From an uncultured virus (IMG/VR IMGVR_UViG_3300028840_003545) (Duplodnaviria > Heunggongvirae > Uroviricota > Caudoviricetes), in the IMG/VR virus record IMGVR_UViG_3300028840_003545: a stretch of 64,000 nt of DNA. The stretch is one strand, 5' to 3'. A model generated the notes under the pieces. It did not search any database. It was not told where the DNA came from and worked only from the letters and a program-made list of their open reading frames with translations. The position numbers were made by a program, and so were the translations under genes. Positions within the stretch are counted from its first letter, which is position 1. Each line of letters begins with the position of its first letter. Below, one piece after another: positions 1 through 9,959 of the stretch.

Positions 1-286
1 ACCAATAACCCCATTCAGGTAACTTATCACGGGTCCTCCTGACAATCTAATCGCTCAACCTCTCACAAATCAAACGACTCGAATGAACCTTTATGATACA
101 AAATTTTTATTATTCAACCAATCCTTACCTGTGTCTGTCAAAAAGTACATACCAGGTTTAGATTTATTCTTTTTAATAAGACCCCATTCAACTAAATCAT
201 TTGCAACTTTATAATTATAAGCTCTTACTCTACAAGCTAAAACATCTTCCAAAAATATTTCATGTTCTTTCGTAAAATTCATAATG

Positions 287-556
287 TCACTCAAGTATGT
301 TTTTCATATTAAGATGATAAGCAATAGTCGCTATAGTTACAAGATCTGGATTCGCGTCATCTTCGAATACCAAATCAGAAAGCTGCTCTTCTGTCAAGTC
401 CAATTTTTGAGCAAGCCACTGCCTACTTAACTTTAGATCATTTAACTTTCTTTGTACATTATGACCGAAAGCTATTCTTACATCTTCTATACTATAAGCA
501 AGAGAATCTTCTTCACCTAATTCATTACCAAATATGTCTTTGTAAACTACAGTCAT
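287..556 (-). CDS. XRE-family helix-turn-helix protein
   Basis: LSRQWLAQKLDLTEEQLSDL...NPDLVTIATIAYHL matches the Cro/C1 HTH pattern. Confidence 0.7.
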   Translation of the reverse strand: MTVVYKDIFGNELGEEDSLAYSIEDVRIAFGHNVQRKLNDLKLSRQWLAQKLDLTEEQLSDLVFEDDANPDLVTIATIAYHLNMKNILE

Positions 557-812
557 TTCTTATTAATTAATTTGTTAATTGCCGATATAAGTAAGCAATC
601 TTTACATACATCAACAACTACAGTATCACTATAAGCTGAATCGTGAGTAGAATTAACATGACTACTGATAATTCTTTGACGAACTAAACTTTTAATATCA
701 TCTACACATTTATCAAGTCCATCATGTTCATATGAAATCTTATTCGATCTAAAGACTTCGCCACACTGATCGCATCGCTTAATCTTATTTAATACAACAG
801 TTACTTCCGTAG

Positions 813-1064
813 TCATTTTCTATCCAATTTTTCTTTCTTGAACTTCTTATACAGATCACGACGTTTTATATGCGTATCTTGATGCCAAAATCCAGTGCTA
901 CCAGCACAAGGTTCGTATCTAAGTGCTCCACAAATAGGACATGCTACATGAATTACACAAACTGGAACCTTTATATACAAAGACTTTGCATATTTAAGCT
1001 GCATCAATACGAATGCAGACCCAGGAAGTCTTACTATATTAGGCTCAAACGCTTGTCTACCCAT
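813..1064 (-). CDS. small phage zinc-finger protein
   Basis: CPICGA-x4-C...H-x2-R motif. Confidence 0.5.
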   Translation of the reverse strand: MGRQAFEPNIVRLPGSAFVLMQLKYAKSLYIKVPVCVIHVACPICGALRYEPCAGSTGFWHQDTHIKRRDLYKKFKKEKLDRK

Positions 1065-1798
1065 AATTAACTTTCTTTATATCCCAACGTTATTAAAGCA
1101 TCGACTTTCTTTATATTTATCTCAACAACTGGTATCTTTCTATCTAATAGAACTTCCACTTTACCAGGACTAAGAATGTACCCGGTATTGATAATCAAAT
1201 CAACCAATACTTCATTGCCACATCTACCTTTTACAGGACCAGATACATAAATTTTACCATCCGCATCTGTGAATCTAATCTCATACGTATTCATATTTTA
1301 ACGTTTCTGTTGATGGATATGCACTTTCCTTAACTTTAATTGAACTCTTCTGATGTGATCTGATATGTATTTAATTCTACTTTCTGCTAGTGCAAAATCT
1401 TGTACAATATCTTCATCAATATCTAAATCACATGAATCATTACCTAAAACTGGACCTACACTTGCCAATATGTCAAGACATATTCTAAGCTTTGTAGCTA
1501 TATTAGCAGCTTCTTCTACTTTAATAGCCTTTGAATCTATCTTTTTAGGAGGACTTGACGTCATCTTTTGATCACTTTTCTGTCTTTTAGACTGAATTCT
1601 GTAATACCTACATTAGCGCCTTTTGATATAGCAAATTTAGCCCACTGTATAACTAATCTCTGTTCTGTACCACCATAATCCATGTCACCATAATTATCAC
1701 CATATGTTTTATACAAAGCATCTAAAACTGGTAAAACTTTAACTTTACAATATTCACAACCAAGAGCATTTTTACTTGCAAATATTACAGATTTTCGA

Positions 1799-2299
1799 TC
1801 ACAAGGCGTGAGTACCCTTGTTTATGTAATAGATTGCATTTTGACAGGTAAAATCCAACCTATCACTAAATGGAATACCCAATCGTTCAGCCCACCAAAT
1901 CTGATATCTAACTTTAAAAGCATTTTTAGGTGCTCCCAAAACACATTTACCACTCTCTTTCCAATATCCCCATTCATCATTTGTTGTTAAACCTGGCATG
2001 TTTTCCATATTGCGTGGAATCCAAAATATAATACAATCACAATACTCTAAACAATCATTTTCCCAATTCAACTGATCATCATATTTAGGCCAATGCTCAC
2101 CTTCTATTGGTTCTGGTACAAAAATATTACCATCAAAACCTAATTGTTCAAGTATACTTATTGCTTCAGGTCGCCAGGATTTCCCTTCACCAAATCCATC
2201 CATTACAGTGCTAGATCTAGGAGTAGGACCAGCCAAGAAGATAGACTCTTTACCTTCTTCGATATTATATTTACCTGCGTATACTATATTAGCTGTCAT
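1799..2299 (-). CDS. nucleoside 2-deoxyribosyltransferase-like protein
   Basis: SIFLAGPTPR...SWRPEA...FVPE...WE...CDCIIFWIPR...TTNDEWG motif series. Confidence 0.8.
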   Translation of the reverse strand: MTANIVYAGKYNIEEGKESIFLAGPTPRSSTVMDGFGEGKSWRPEAISILEQLGFDGNIFVPEPIEGEHWPKYDDQLNWENDCLEYCDCIIFWIPRNMENMPGLTTNDEWGYWKESGKCVLGAPKNAFKVRYQIWWAERLGIPFSDRLDFTCQNAIYYINKGTHAL

Positions 2300-2449
2300 T
2301 TTTATATCCCTCTTTTTGTACTGGATATGCTACCCTAAGTTCTCCGCAACAATGTTCACACTGCCAAACCCATTCGTCTTTTTTATGTAAAGATGGTTCA
2401 CAGTATACATCTATATAAATAATTCCACACACATTACAGTAGACTCTAA

Positions 2450-2749
2450 TCATTTCTTAGCTCTAATAGGATTGTCGCTATCGTACTCTATGTCAGAATC
2501 TTTGAGCCATTTTAAATAATCTTTACGTGGTCTACCAAAAAGCCTGTAATGTGAACCACTTTCCGTAATAAATTCTCTACCTTGAACTGATTTTACTGTG
2601 CCAGTTCTTATCTTATTACCATCATCAAATTTATTAGAACCGTAAACTATACCTACAATAACTCTACCTGCTCGTTCAAGCGGTTGATACGGATCGGCGG
2701 ATAAATAATATACTGCCCATTCTTTAATAATAGGAACACTCATCCACAA
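2450..2749 (-). CDS. conserved phage hypothetical protein
   Basis: G-x-VYG...F-x-DG..IRT..V...TESGSHYRL pattern; intact ORF within the operon. Confidence 0.5.
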   Translation of the reverse strand: MWMSVPIIKEWAVYYLSADPYQPLERAGRVIVGIVYGSNKFDDGNKIRTGTVKSVQGREFITESGSHYRLFGRPRKDYLKWLKDSDIEYDSDNPIRAKK

Positions 2750-2968
2750 CCTACAATTCTAACGTGTTTATCTGCTATACGTATTGCTCTGCTCCTAAAA
2801 TGTGTTCCGTCTGCTCCCTTTAGAATCGCCCAGCGGCGACGCGAGGAGGGGGCTAGTAGCCACCAAATCCACGTTGCTAGGTCCCACCATGAGGCAGAAA
2901 CGCAAGCCCACACAGCCCCGCTAGAGTCAATTATGGCTGTATTTGGATCAACTTCTACCTTAACTAAC

Positions 2969-3757
2969 TTAGCCATTGCCATTTAGTATATCGTCAAACT
3001 GTGTTTTAGTATCCTCAGCTTCCAAAACTAGCTTGATACTCCTTTCACATAACTCTGCACTTTGTGCATGTAAATTATTCATCTTTTCTCGTAAAGAGAC
3101 AAGTCTAGATCTGATACTTTCACTATCATCTTCGTTAGATGAATTAATAATCAATTTGTTTAAATTCCTACACCAATTAACATCAATTGGACCATCATGA
3201 TAGAATTCTTTTTCTATAACATCATACTGCCATACATGTTCAGTTTTATCACCAATCTTATCTGGTACCTCTACATCCCAATGGGAAGTCCATATCTCGT
3301 GATCTAAAATCCACCTTGGACTTCCTAAAAATTTCCAAAAAGCAGGTGAAATGTAAATTAGACATTTACCATATTTAGTAGCAATCCATTCAGCGATTTG
3401 TCTTCCTCTATCATTATACAAATCTGCGATAGCTTTACCATCCCACCTTTCATTTGCCTCTAAATCCAAAGCAGGATACAAGTCACCTTCACCATATTCA
3501 ACCGAATCTAGTTCTCTTTCAATAAATACTATCTGACGTTCAACTGCTTGCTTTTGTCTAAAGAAATGATACGTTCCAAAAACTACCCCTATGCCCTTAC
3601 ATGCATTCCTAAACTCTCTAAATCTTCTATCTGCTCTAGCTCCATAAGAACATCTAGCTATTAGAAATTCACATTGTGAAGTGAAAGTATCCCAATTAAA
3701 TTGATTAACATACTGATGATGTGAAACGTCTACACCTAGATGATTGTATTCGCTCAT
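2969..3757 (-). CDS. GH25 family lysozyme (endolysin) with C-terminal coiled coil
   Basis: GVDVSHHQ, GTYHFF, LDLE (DxE), WQY and DVN motifs. Start placed at MSEYNH after a GAGG SD; the ORF stays open upstream to 3931. Confidence 0.85.
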   Translation of the reverse strand: MSEYNHLGVDVSHHQYVNQFNWDTFTSQCEFLIARCSYGARADRRFREFRNACKGIGVVFGTYHFFRQKQAVERQIVFIERELDSVEYGEGDLYPALDLEANERWDGKAIADLYNDRGRQIAEWIATKYGKCLIYISPAFWKFLGSPRWILDHEIWTSHWDVEVPDKIGDKTEHVWQYDVIEKEFYHDGPIDVNWCRNLNKLIINSSNEDDSESIRSRLVSLREKMNNLHAQSAELCERSIKLVLEAEDTKTQFDDILNGNG

Positions 3758-3903
3758 TTCTACCTCTAAAGTAAAATGCTGCTTTATCTTTCTTATAGAT
3801 ATCTTGTCTTGTGGTCCAACCTTAACTTCACCTAAATGAATAAAATATTCTCCTTGATGATCCACTTTAGTTCTAGTTCTATCTATATTATGTACATTCT
3901 TTA

Positions 3904-4050
3904 TCATTTTACCCCTGAAGGAGCACCACAATAATCACATTCTTTAGATGTTACTAAACATTGACAATAATTGCATTTAATTATTGACGGTATATATGGT
4001 AATATGCCAGCCATTCTTAAGCATTCTACCAATTCATTATATTCACTCAT
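3904..4050 (-). CDS. 48-aa zinc-ribbon protein (below the ORF-track cutoff)
   Basis: Hand translation MSEYNELVECLRMAGILPYIPSIIKCNYCQCLVTSKECDYCGAPSGVK*, two CxxC pairs. Confidence 0.55.
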   Translation of the reverse strand: MSEYNELVECLRMAGILPYIPSIIKCNYCQCLVTSKECDYCGAPSGVK

Positions 4051-5172
4051 TTGGTTCGGTGCCCGATACTCGACACGGGTGTAAAGCCTGATTACTTATT
4101 CACCGATAAAGCTACGGCTTAATCCTTATCTTCTTCTACTTCTTCTTCTTTCCGATCGCTTTCTTCCTTCTCACGAGCGGCAGGAATGCGCTTTACAAGC
4201 GCAATATTGAGCATTTCAAGATCAGTCATGAGCTTAAAAGCCATTTCCTTAAGCTCTGGATCGGATAGGATAGTTCCATCTTCTACAATGACACGTTGTG
4301 TGCCTTGTCCAATTTTGCAAATGGCTTCTGCTAGAGCCAAATAAGCCATAACAGACCCATCTTCAGGCTTTGGGGGCTTTGGTGGCTCTTGCGGCGGTCC
4401 CATCATAGGCATTCCCATAGTCATCTCAATTAGTCCCTTTCGTATCCTCTATCTTGTTATGATCACCGATAAAGTTATTCAGTGCTATAAGCCACTTTTG
4501 ATACTCCATCGGATGGATCGGTTGTCCTTTTTTAACTTTAAGCTCTGGAATCTTGAATTCCAAATCTTTACAAGCTCTCTTAAGTAACTTAAAAGTACCT
4601 GGATGATTAGCCTCGTAAGAGGCTTTCATTTCTTCTGGAAATTGCTTAAAAACACTATAAGCGTAAAAACCATAAGTAGCTAAGAAACATCCAGCCATCT
4701 CGTTAGCTGTAAAACGAACAATCTCCATAGCTGGAACACCTTCTTTACTCATAGAGTATTGATGTTCCAATGCAGTTCGTTTAGTGTCATATTCCTGTAC
4801 TAACTCTTTGGCTAGTTTTACATCGCCTTTGTGAAACATTTAGTTCCTCTACAATAAAAACACGGTACGCGTTACATTCGCATCCCATTGAATTCAATTT
4901 CTTATCAGCATCTTCTTTGCTGCATGCTAACTTTAAACAACATGTGCCAGTAGTTATAATTTGATGTTTTATTTCTTCCAAGCCTAAACACGATAGGATC
5001 CAGAATTCCATTTTGCCCCCCCCAATCGTTATATGAAAGCCGTTAGGACCCTTCCCACGGTTAAAGAAAAGGGGAACTGAACTTATCCCCGTGGGAAAGG
5101 CTGGACAGGGCTTTATGTCCATTTAACCAAGCTTTTACTTAAATAGCCTCCCAAGATTTTTAGCTTGCGAAG

Positions 5173-5943
5173 CTACCTTTGTTTTGATCTGTAATCTCGA
5201 ATAGCTAAATAAAGCTCTCTGGTTTTTAATTCATTAAGTATTCCAAATTCATCTTCAATCGAAGTGCCAACCAAAAACGCATTTACATAAGGTAAATATT
5301 TCTTCACATTTTTGATACTGACACCAGAAGCTAATGCTAATGATGCTCTTATCGGAAAATTGATCATACCTAAAGTGCAACCAATCCCAGCAGATTCGTC
5401 AATTGCTTTACGCATAATTTTGACTTTATGTGGAGCGGCTTGCTTACCAGTACCAGGACCACTAGTAGTTACTACATGCATATACTCACTAGCATATCTA
5501 GCCGCTAGATCTAAATCACGAACTGGCTTCTGATATTTGAATGCGGTACCTCCAAAATAGATACCATGCCAACTAGATTTGTTCATCCTTTCTCTAAACA
5601 GATCTGCAGCAAACTGTGATTCATCATCTTCGTCTATTTGAGCATTATCAACCCATAGACCATCAAAAATTGGCCCCATGGATTCAACCTTACTAAATGC
5701 TCTATCATTGTTACACAGGAAATTAACACCAATAAAAAGATCTGGACCGTATTTAGACCTTAATTCTTCGCCTATCTCACAAATACGTTTTTGTGTTACT
5801 TTACCTTGTCTGATAATCCAAATTCCATCACTAAACTTTACAGCAATCTCTACACTTTTCCAGAATTCTACCTCACTATGATAGTGAACTACCGGCATGA
5901 ATACTGGGCCTTTTTCGAACGTATATTCAATCACGTTAATCAT
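5173..5943 (-). CDS. BtpA/SgcQ-family TIM-barrel protein
   Basis: PVVH, IGVNFL, GLWVDNA, FGGTAFKYQ, TTSGPGTG, LASGVS..NV, FLVGTSI. Confidence 0.75.
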   Translation of the reverse strand: MINVIEYTFEKGPVFMPVVHYHSEVEFWKSVEIAVKFSDGIWIIRQGKVTQKRICEIGEELRSKYGPDLFIGVNFLCNNDRAFSKVESMGPIFDGLWVDNAQIDEDDESQFAADLFRERMNKSSWHGIYFGGTAFKYQKPVRDLDLAARYASEYMHVVTTSGPGTGKQAAPHKVKIMRKAIDESAGIGCTLGMINFPIRASLALASGVSIKNVKKYLPYVNAFLVGTSIEDEFGILNELKTRELYLAIRDYRSKQR

Positions 5944-6321
5944 TTTTTGCTACCTTTTTGTGCAGCTAATATAGCATCTAGTTCAACTAGCGTATCTAGA
6001 TAATGATTCCTCTGAATGTTCTTATTATTCAATAGTCTAATGTATTCTTTAGCTATTTCAATATTTTCAGGACTTGGATCATTTACAACCACAGTCACCA
6101 CAGTCAATATATCTATATTAATACACAAATCATCAAGATAAATGTCTATTATTTCTTTTAAATTTGATTTGCGCTCAGAATCTTCCTCACTACAAAACGC
6201 GTTTATTGCTTGCCATACTACTGCTTTAGCTTTTTTATTTTCTTCCGTGCTCATATTAATCATCCAGGTACTTATATCCGGTTACCATTTTTCAGGAAGT
6301 TAATAGCTACATTAAATCCAT

Positions 6322-7155
6322 TCATGGTCGCCAATTGGGATTATATTTATTCCAATCAGAATGTTTGCATAAATTGTCTACTGCTTTTAAAAGCGTAGCC
6401 GCCTCATTTGTCACATGTTTTAGATTACTCATAGCTTGACTTACAGCTTCCCAATCGGCATTCGCAGAATCGGCATTCGCAGAAATCAAACAATGCTTTA
6501 GAAAAACGAAAGCAGTCTTTAGAACATCAGTTAAACAATACTCTGCTACAGTTAAGTCTTTTCCTTCTTTATACAAATCATATGTTTTGCTACCGTCTAC
6601 CTCACCCTTGCCGACAAGTCCAGCAAGTTGTGCCATATGATCTAAACTATGTCCTTTGAACATACCATCAGCAAATTCATGCTTTATATCGATATGTCGT
6701 GGTCTATTAACGGTACTCTCAGGATTAATAAACTTATTTCCTTTATATCCGTAATACCAGTCAGTTCTAATAGAATAACTAAACATCCTAGTTAGAAGTA
6801 CAGCCATATCAAATTTTGTTCCATGTTGAGAAACAAAACATACATCATATTCTCGATTACTAAAAATAATTTGCTGCAAAAAATCAAACAACAAATCTCT
6901 TTCATTATCGTACATCGTAATATATTCAGATGCTTTAGCTAATACGGAAGAATCTTCATCAGAGAGATCCGCTTTACTTCTCAATTGTGCTGAATGCAAC
7001 TTTTTAACAATACTGTTAGCTCCAATTACACAATAGCCTATAGTCTGAATTTTATGAACATGAAGCGGAGGAAACTCCTTTTCATCTTTAGGCGTCCAAA
7101 GATGAGCAGTTTCAGTTTCAGGAATAGTCTCAATATCGAATACGATGTAATCCAT
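6322..7155 (-). CDS. stand-alone 3'-5' exonuclease (PolB proofreading-like, DEDD)
   Basis: ExoI VFDIET, ExoII HG.KFD, HID, ExoIII YCLTDV. Confidence 0.8.
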   Translation of the reverse strand: MDYIVFDIETIPETETAHLWTPKDEKEFPPLHVHKIQTIGYCVIGANSIVKKLHSAQLRSKADLSDEDSSVLAKASEYITMYDNERDLLFDFLQQIIFSNREYDVCFVSQHGTKFDMAVLLTRMFSYSIRTDWYYGYKGNKFINPESTVNRPRHIDIKHEFADGMFKGHSLDHMAQLAGLVGKGEVDGSKTYDLYKEGKDLTVAEYCLTDVLKTAFVFLKHCLISANADSANADWEAVSQAMSNLKHVTNEAATLLKAVDNLCKHSDWNKYNPNWRP

Positions 7156-7718
7156 TACTTACCTGACTTTATCTTTATTTCTGTGTTAGCTGGAAGCAGA
7201 AAACTCTTTAATCTGTCACTGTTGGGTAAACAGTATTCAATTTCTATCAATTTACCTTCTAATACCAAAGCATCTATATTGTCAAACAAACTTGCCACTT
7301 GTTTTCGATTTTGATCTTCCGTAACACATGCTAATGCTATATCTTTGTTCGCTGCTAGCTCCATTGCTTTGCAGCCTTGTTTGCGTGTTACAGTGTCTAC
7401 TATCAGTCCCTGTATTACTTTTCCCATTATACCACTCAACTCGTTTAAATTCTAAAGAATCAAGATAATCGAATATGTCAGAGTGTATGTTTGCATATTT
7501 AAAGTAAGTAAGATATCTTATTGCAAACTCTACTAACTCTCTAATTATAACAAGCTCTAGTCTATCCCTTTCTACTATAACATATTTACAATACTGCGGA
7601 TGACCTTTAACATGTTCAAAGGTGTTTACTAATGTTTCTGCTACCCATCTAAATCTAACAGACTCTAACTCGTATTGCTCATCACTTTCATATATTATAG
7701 AGCATAGAGCCATTTTAG

Positions 7719-7792
7719 TGGATCCGGTCGGGATCGAACCGACAACCGCCCGGTTATGAGCCGGGGGCTCTGACCAATTGAGCTACAGATCC
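7719..7792 (-). tRNA. tRNA-Ile2 (CAT anticodon; elongator Met not excluded)
   Basis: GGATCTG..TAGCTCAATTGGTCAGAGC..CCCGG-CTCATAA-CCGGG..GTCGG-TTCGATC-CCGAC..CGGATCC-A; no encoded CCA. Confidence 0.9.
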
Positions 7793-7810
7793 TTTTATCC
7801 ATTTAATTAG

Positions 7811-7889
7811 TGGGAGAAGAGGGAATCGAACCCAATGCACTGGCACCTTATAAGGATGCTGCCAACGCGACCAGTCGGCACCTTCTCCC
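7811..7889 (-). tRNA. atypical tRNA with TAT anticodon (Ile, AUA-decoding)
   Basis: GGGAGAA/TTCTCCC acceptor stem, GCCGA/TTGGC D stem, GCATC-CTTATAA-GGTGC anticodon arm, GGG-TTCGATT-CCC T arm. Confidence 0.75.
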
Positions 7890-7895
7890 TAAAAA

Positions 7896-8423
7896 TCAAC
7901 CACACATTTTATTAGCATCTAAAACATTAACTAAAGGATTGATATTTTGAGCTTTAATGTAACATAATCTTTCTCCTTCATCATAATCGAATTCTATTGC
8001 TTGAACTAAATTTATATTATCCACATTTTCTAAATTGACCCAAATATCACCATCCCATACAAGAATTTGCTCAGACGGTACCATATCTGTAGTATAATAA
8101 GCGCTATGGATTTCATCAACCATAGCTTCATCTTCAAATACATTTTCAGGTTTAGGAAAAGTCAACACTACAGGGACGAAACCACTTTCCAAAATATTAT
8201 CGCTTTGATTTTCCGCACCTTGCTCTGCTTCAAAATACCAATGTCTTATACTCTTAAATTCAGTAAAAAAAGTTTTTCCTTTACTATGACCAATATAAGC
8301 TAAAGCGCTTAGTCCAGTCTGATAATCAGGATTCAATCCATGTTCTTTAATACTTTCCAAGTTTCTTGCGAAAGTAACATGATAAACCCAATCTTTATTA
8401 CTTACTGTCATTGTTTCCTTCAT
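7896..8423 (-). CDS. ADP-ribosyltransferase-fold protein (Tpt1/DarT-like)
   Basis: N-terminal VYHVT..NLESIKEHGL motif typical of H-x-T ART-fold proteins. Confidence 0.55.
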   Translation of the reverse strand: MKETMTVSNKDWVYHVTFARNLESIKEHGLNPDYQTGLSALAYIGHSKGKTFFTEFKSIRHWYFEAEQGAENQSDNILESGFVPVVLTFPKPENVFEDEAMVDEIHSAYYTTDMVPSEQILVWDGDIWVNLENVDNINLVQAIEFDYDEGERLCYIKAQNINPLVNVLDANKMCG

Positions 8424-8519
8424 CCTGCTTTATAAACTTGTACACGTCAGGTTTTTTATTATCCTGACCTTCTCTTTTCTTTTCTCTTCTTTTGCGCTTC
8501 TTTCTTTCGCTTTTCTTAC

Positions 8520-8972
8520 TCATTTAGTCCCCGTAGATCCGAGTCCACCACTACCTCTAATAGTATCTCCTAAATATTCAATTTTATCTACTGTATTAAT
8601 CCTGGCTTGAATTACAGGACAGACTACACCTTGCGCTATCCTTTCGTAAGGAAGAATAGTATAACGCTTTTTAAACATATTGAACAATCCGACTATGATC
8701 TCACCTCTATAATCACTGTCTACAGTACCAGGTGAGTTAATAACTGTCAACCCATGTTTAATAGCTAGTCCACTTCTAGGTCTTATTTGAATTTCATATC
8801 CTTTAATGATACTAACATATAAACCTGTTGGTATTAATTCAACAGAACTTGGTTTAATTATTAATGGCTCATTGATATTTGCTTTAAAATCAAAACCACT
8901 AGAACCAGGTGTAGCGTATGTTGGAATGCACCTAGAATCTTTAGCGAATACCTTTAATAGAACATTATTCAT
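8520..8972 (-). CDS. dut: trimeric dUTPase
   Basis: SGFD, RPRSG, GTVDSDYRGEI, RIAQ and RGSGGLGSTG motifs 1-5. Confidence 0.97.
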   Translation of the reverse strand: MNNVLLKVFAKDSRCIPTYATPGSSGFDFKANINEPLIIKPSSVELIPTGLYVSIIKGYEIQIRPRSGLAIKHGLTVINSPGTVDSDYRGEIIVGLFNMFKKRYTILPYERIAQGVVCPVIQARINTVDKIEYLGDTIRGSGGLGSTGTK

Positions 8973-9879
8973 GATATTGATTATCCTTTCTTAGTTCCTC
9001 TACAGTTCTAAGTTCGTGACCCCATAAAACACCCTGTATAAAGCCAAGCCATCTCTGAGCTTTTGCTATATTTCCTTTTGCAGCTATATTCTTAACTTCG
9101 CCAGCCATCCACATAACGTGTCTAAGTCTATAGTATCTAACAGGTAAGTGCGAATGTGCCTTTATAGTAACTGTCTTACCGTCTTTTACAATAGTTATAT
9201 CTTTAATTTGCTGTGGCTGAACACCTATCTTTTTAAGAATTCCAATGTAAGTGTCCGCCATGTGAATGGCTATTTTTACTTGCTTGCTCATTACTCTTTA
9301 AAATTACTTACCATCTCTCTAGATTCATCTACAGATACCTTAAATCTTTTTACCAATGTATCAATAATTGCTGAATCATGCTTCTTAAGTCTCTTATTTA
9401 CAGATATGACCTTATGAATTTCAGTCATTTTCTTAGCTAAGGCAGAATTTTTTGGAATAGAAGGTTGAGTAACGTCATACCTAATAGTAACCCTTATTTC
9501 TGCAACGTCCTTAAACATTCCAGACATTCTAGATATGATTTCTTCTGGCTTTCCTATGAATTCTACAACATGAGTTTCTTTCATAACGTACCACCCTACT
9601 CAAAACTGAGATCTTCTCAGTTTTGTTTGATATAGGTTTCAGCCACCAAGTTTCGTTAGCGTCACAACGAAATTCTGGCCGATTTCCGGGTATTTATTGG
9701 ATTTACGGTTGAACTTAAACGCAATGGTAGAATCGTCTTTCGACACTACCCTATGCGTTACGTCTTGTCCTTCAAAATGACGGATAGCGCGACGTCGCAC
9801 CTTATCCTTAATTTCAGTAGGAAGATCTTTTGCTAGCGGTGTGTACTTAAAACGCATAACTATTCCCCTTTCTTATCCG

Positions 9880-9955
9880 TGGTACCCCCAAAAGGATTCG
9901 AACCTTTAACCAATAGCTTAGAAGGCTACTGCTCTATCCGTTGAGCTATGGGGGC
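9880..9955 (-). tRNA. tRNA-Arg (TCT)
   Basis: GCCCCCA..TAGCTCAACGGATAGAGC..GTAGC-CTTCTAA-GCTAT..AAAGG-TTCGAAT-CCTTT..TGGGGGT-ACCA; encoded CCA. Confidence 0.95.
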
Positions 9956-9959
9956 TCGG

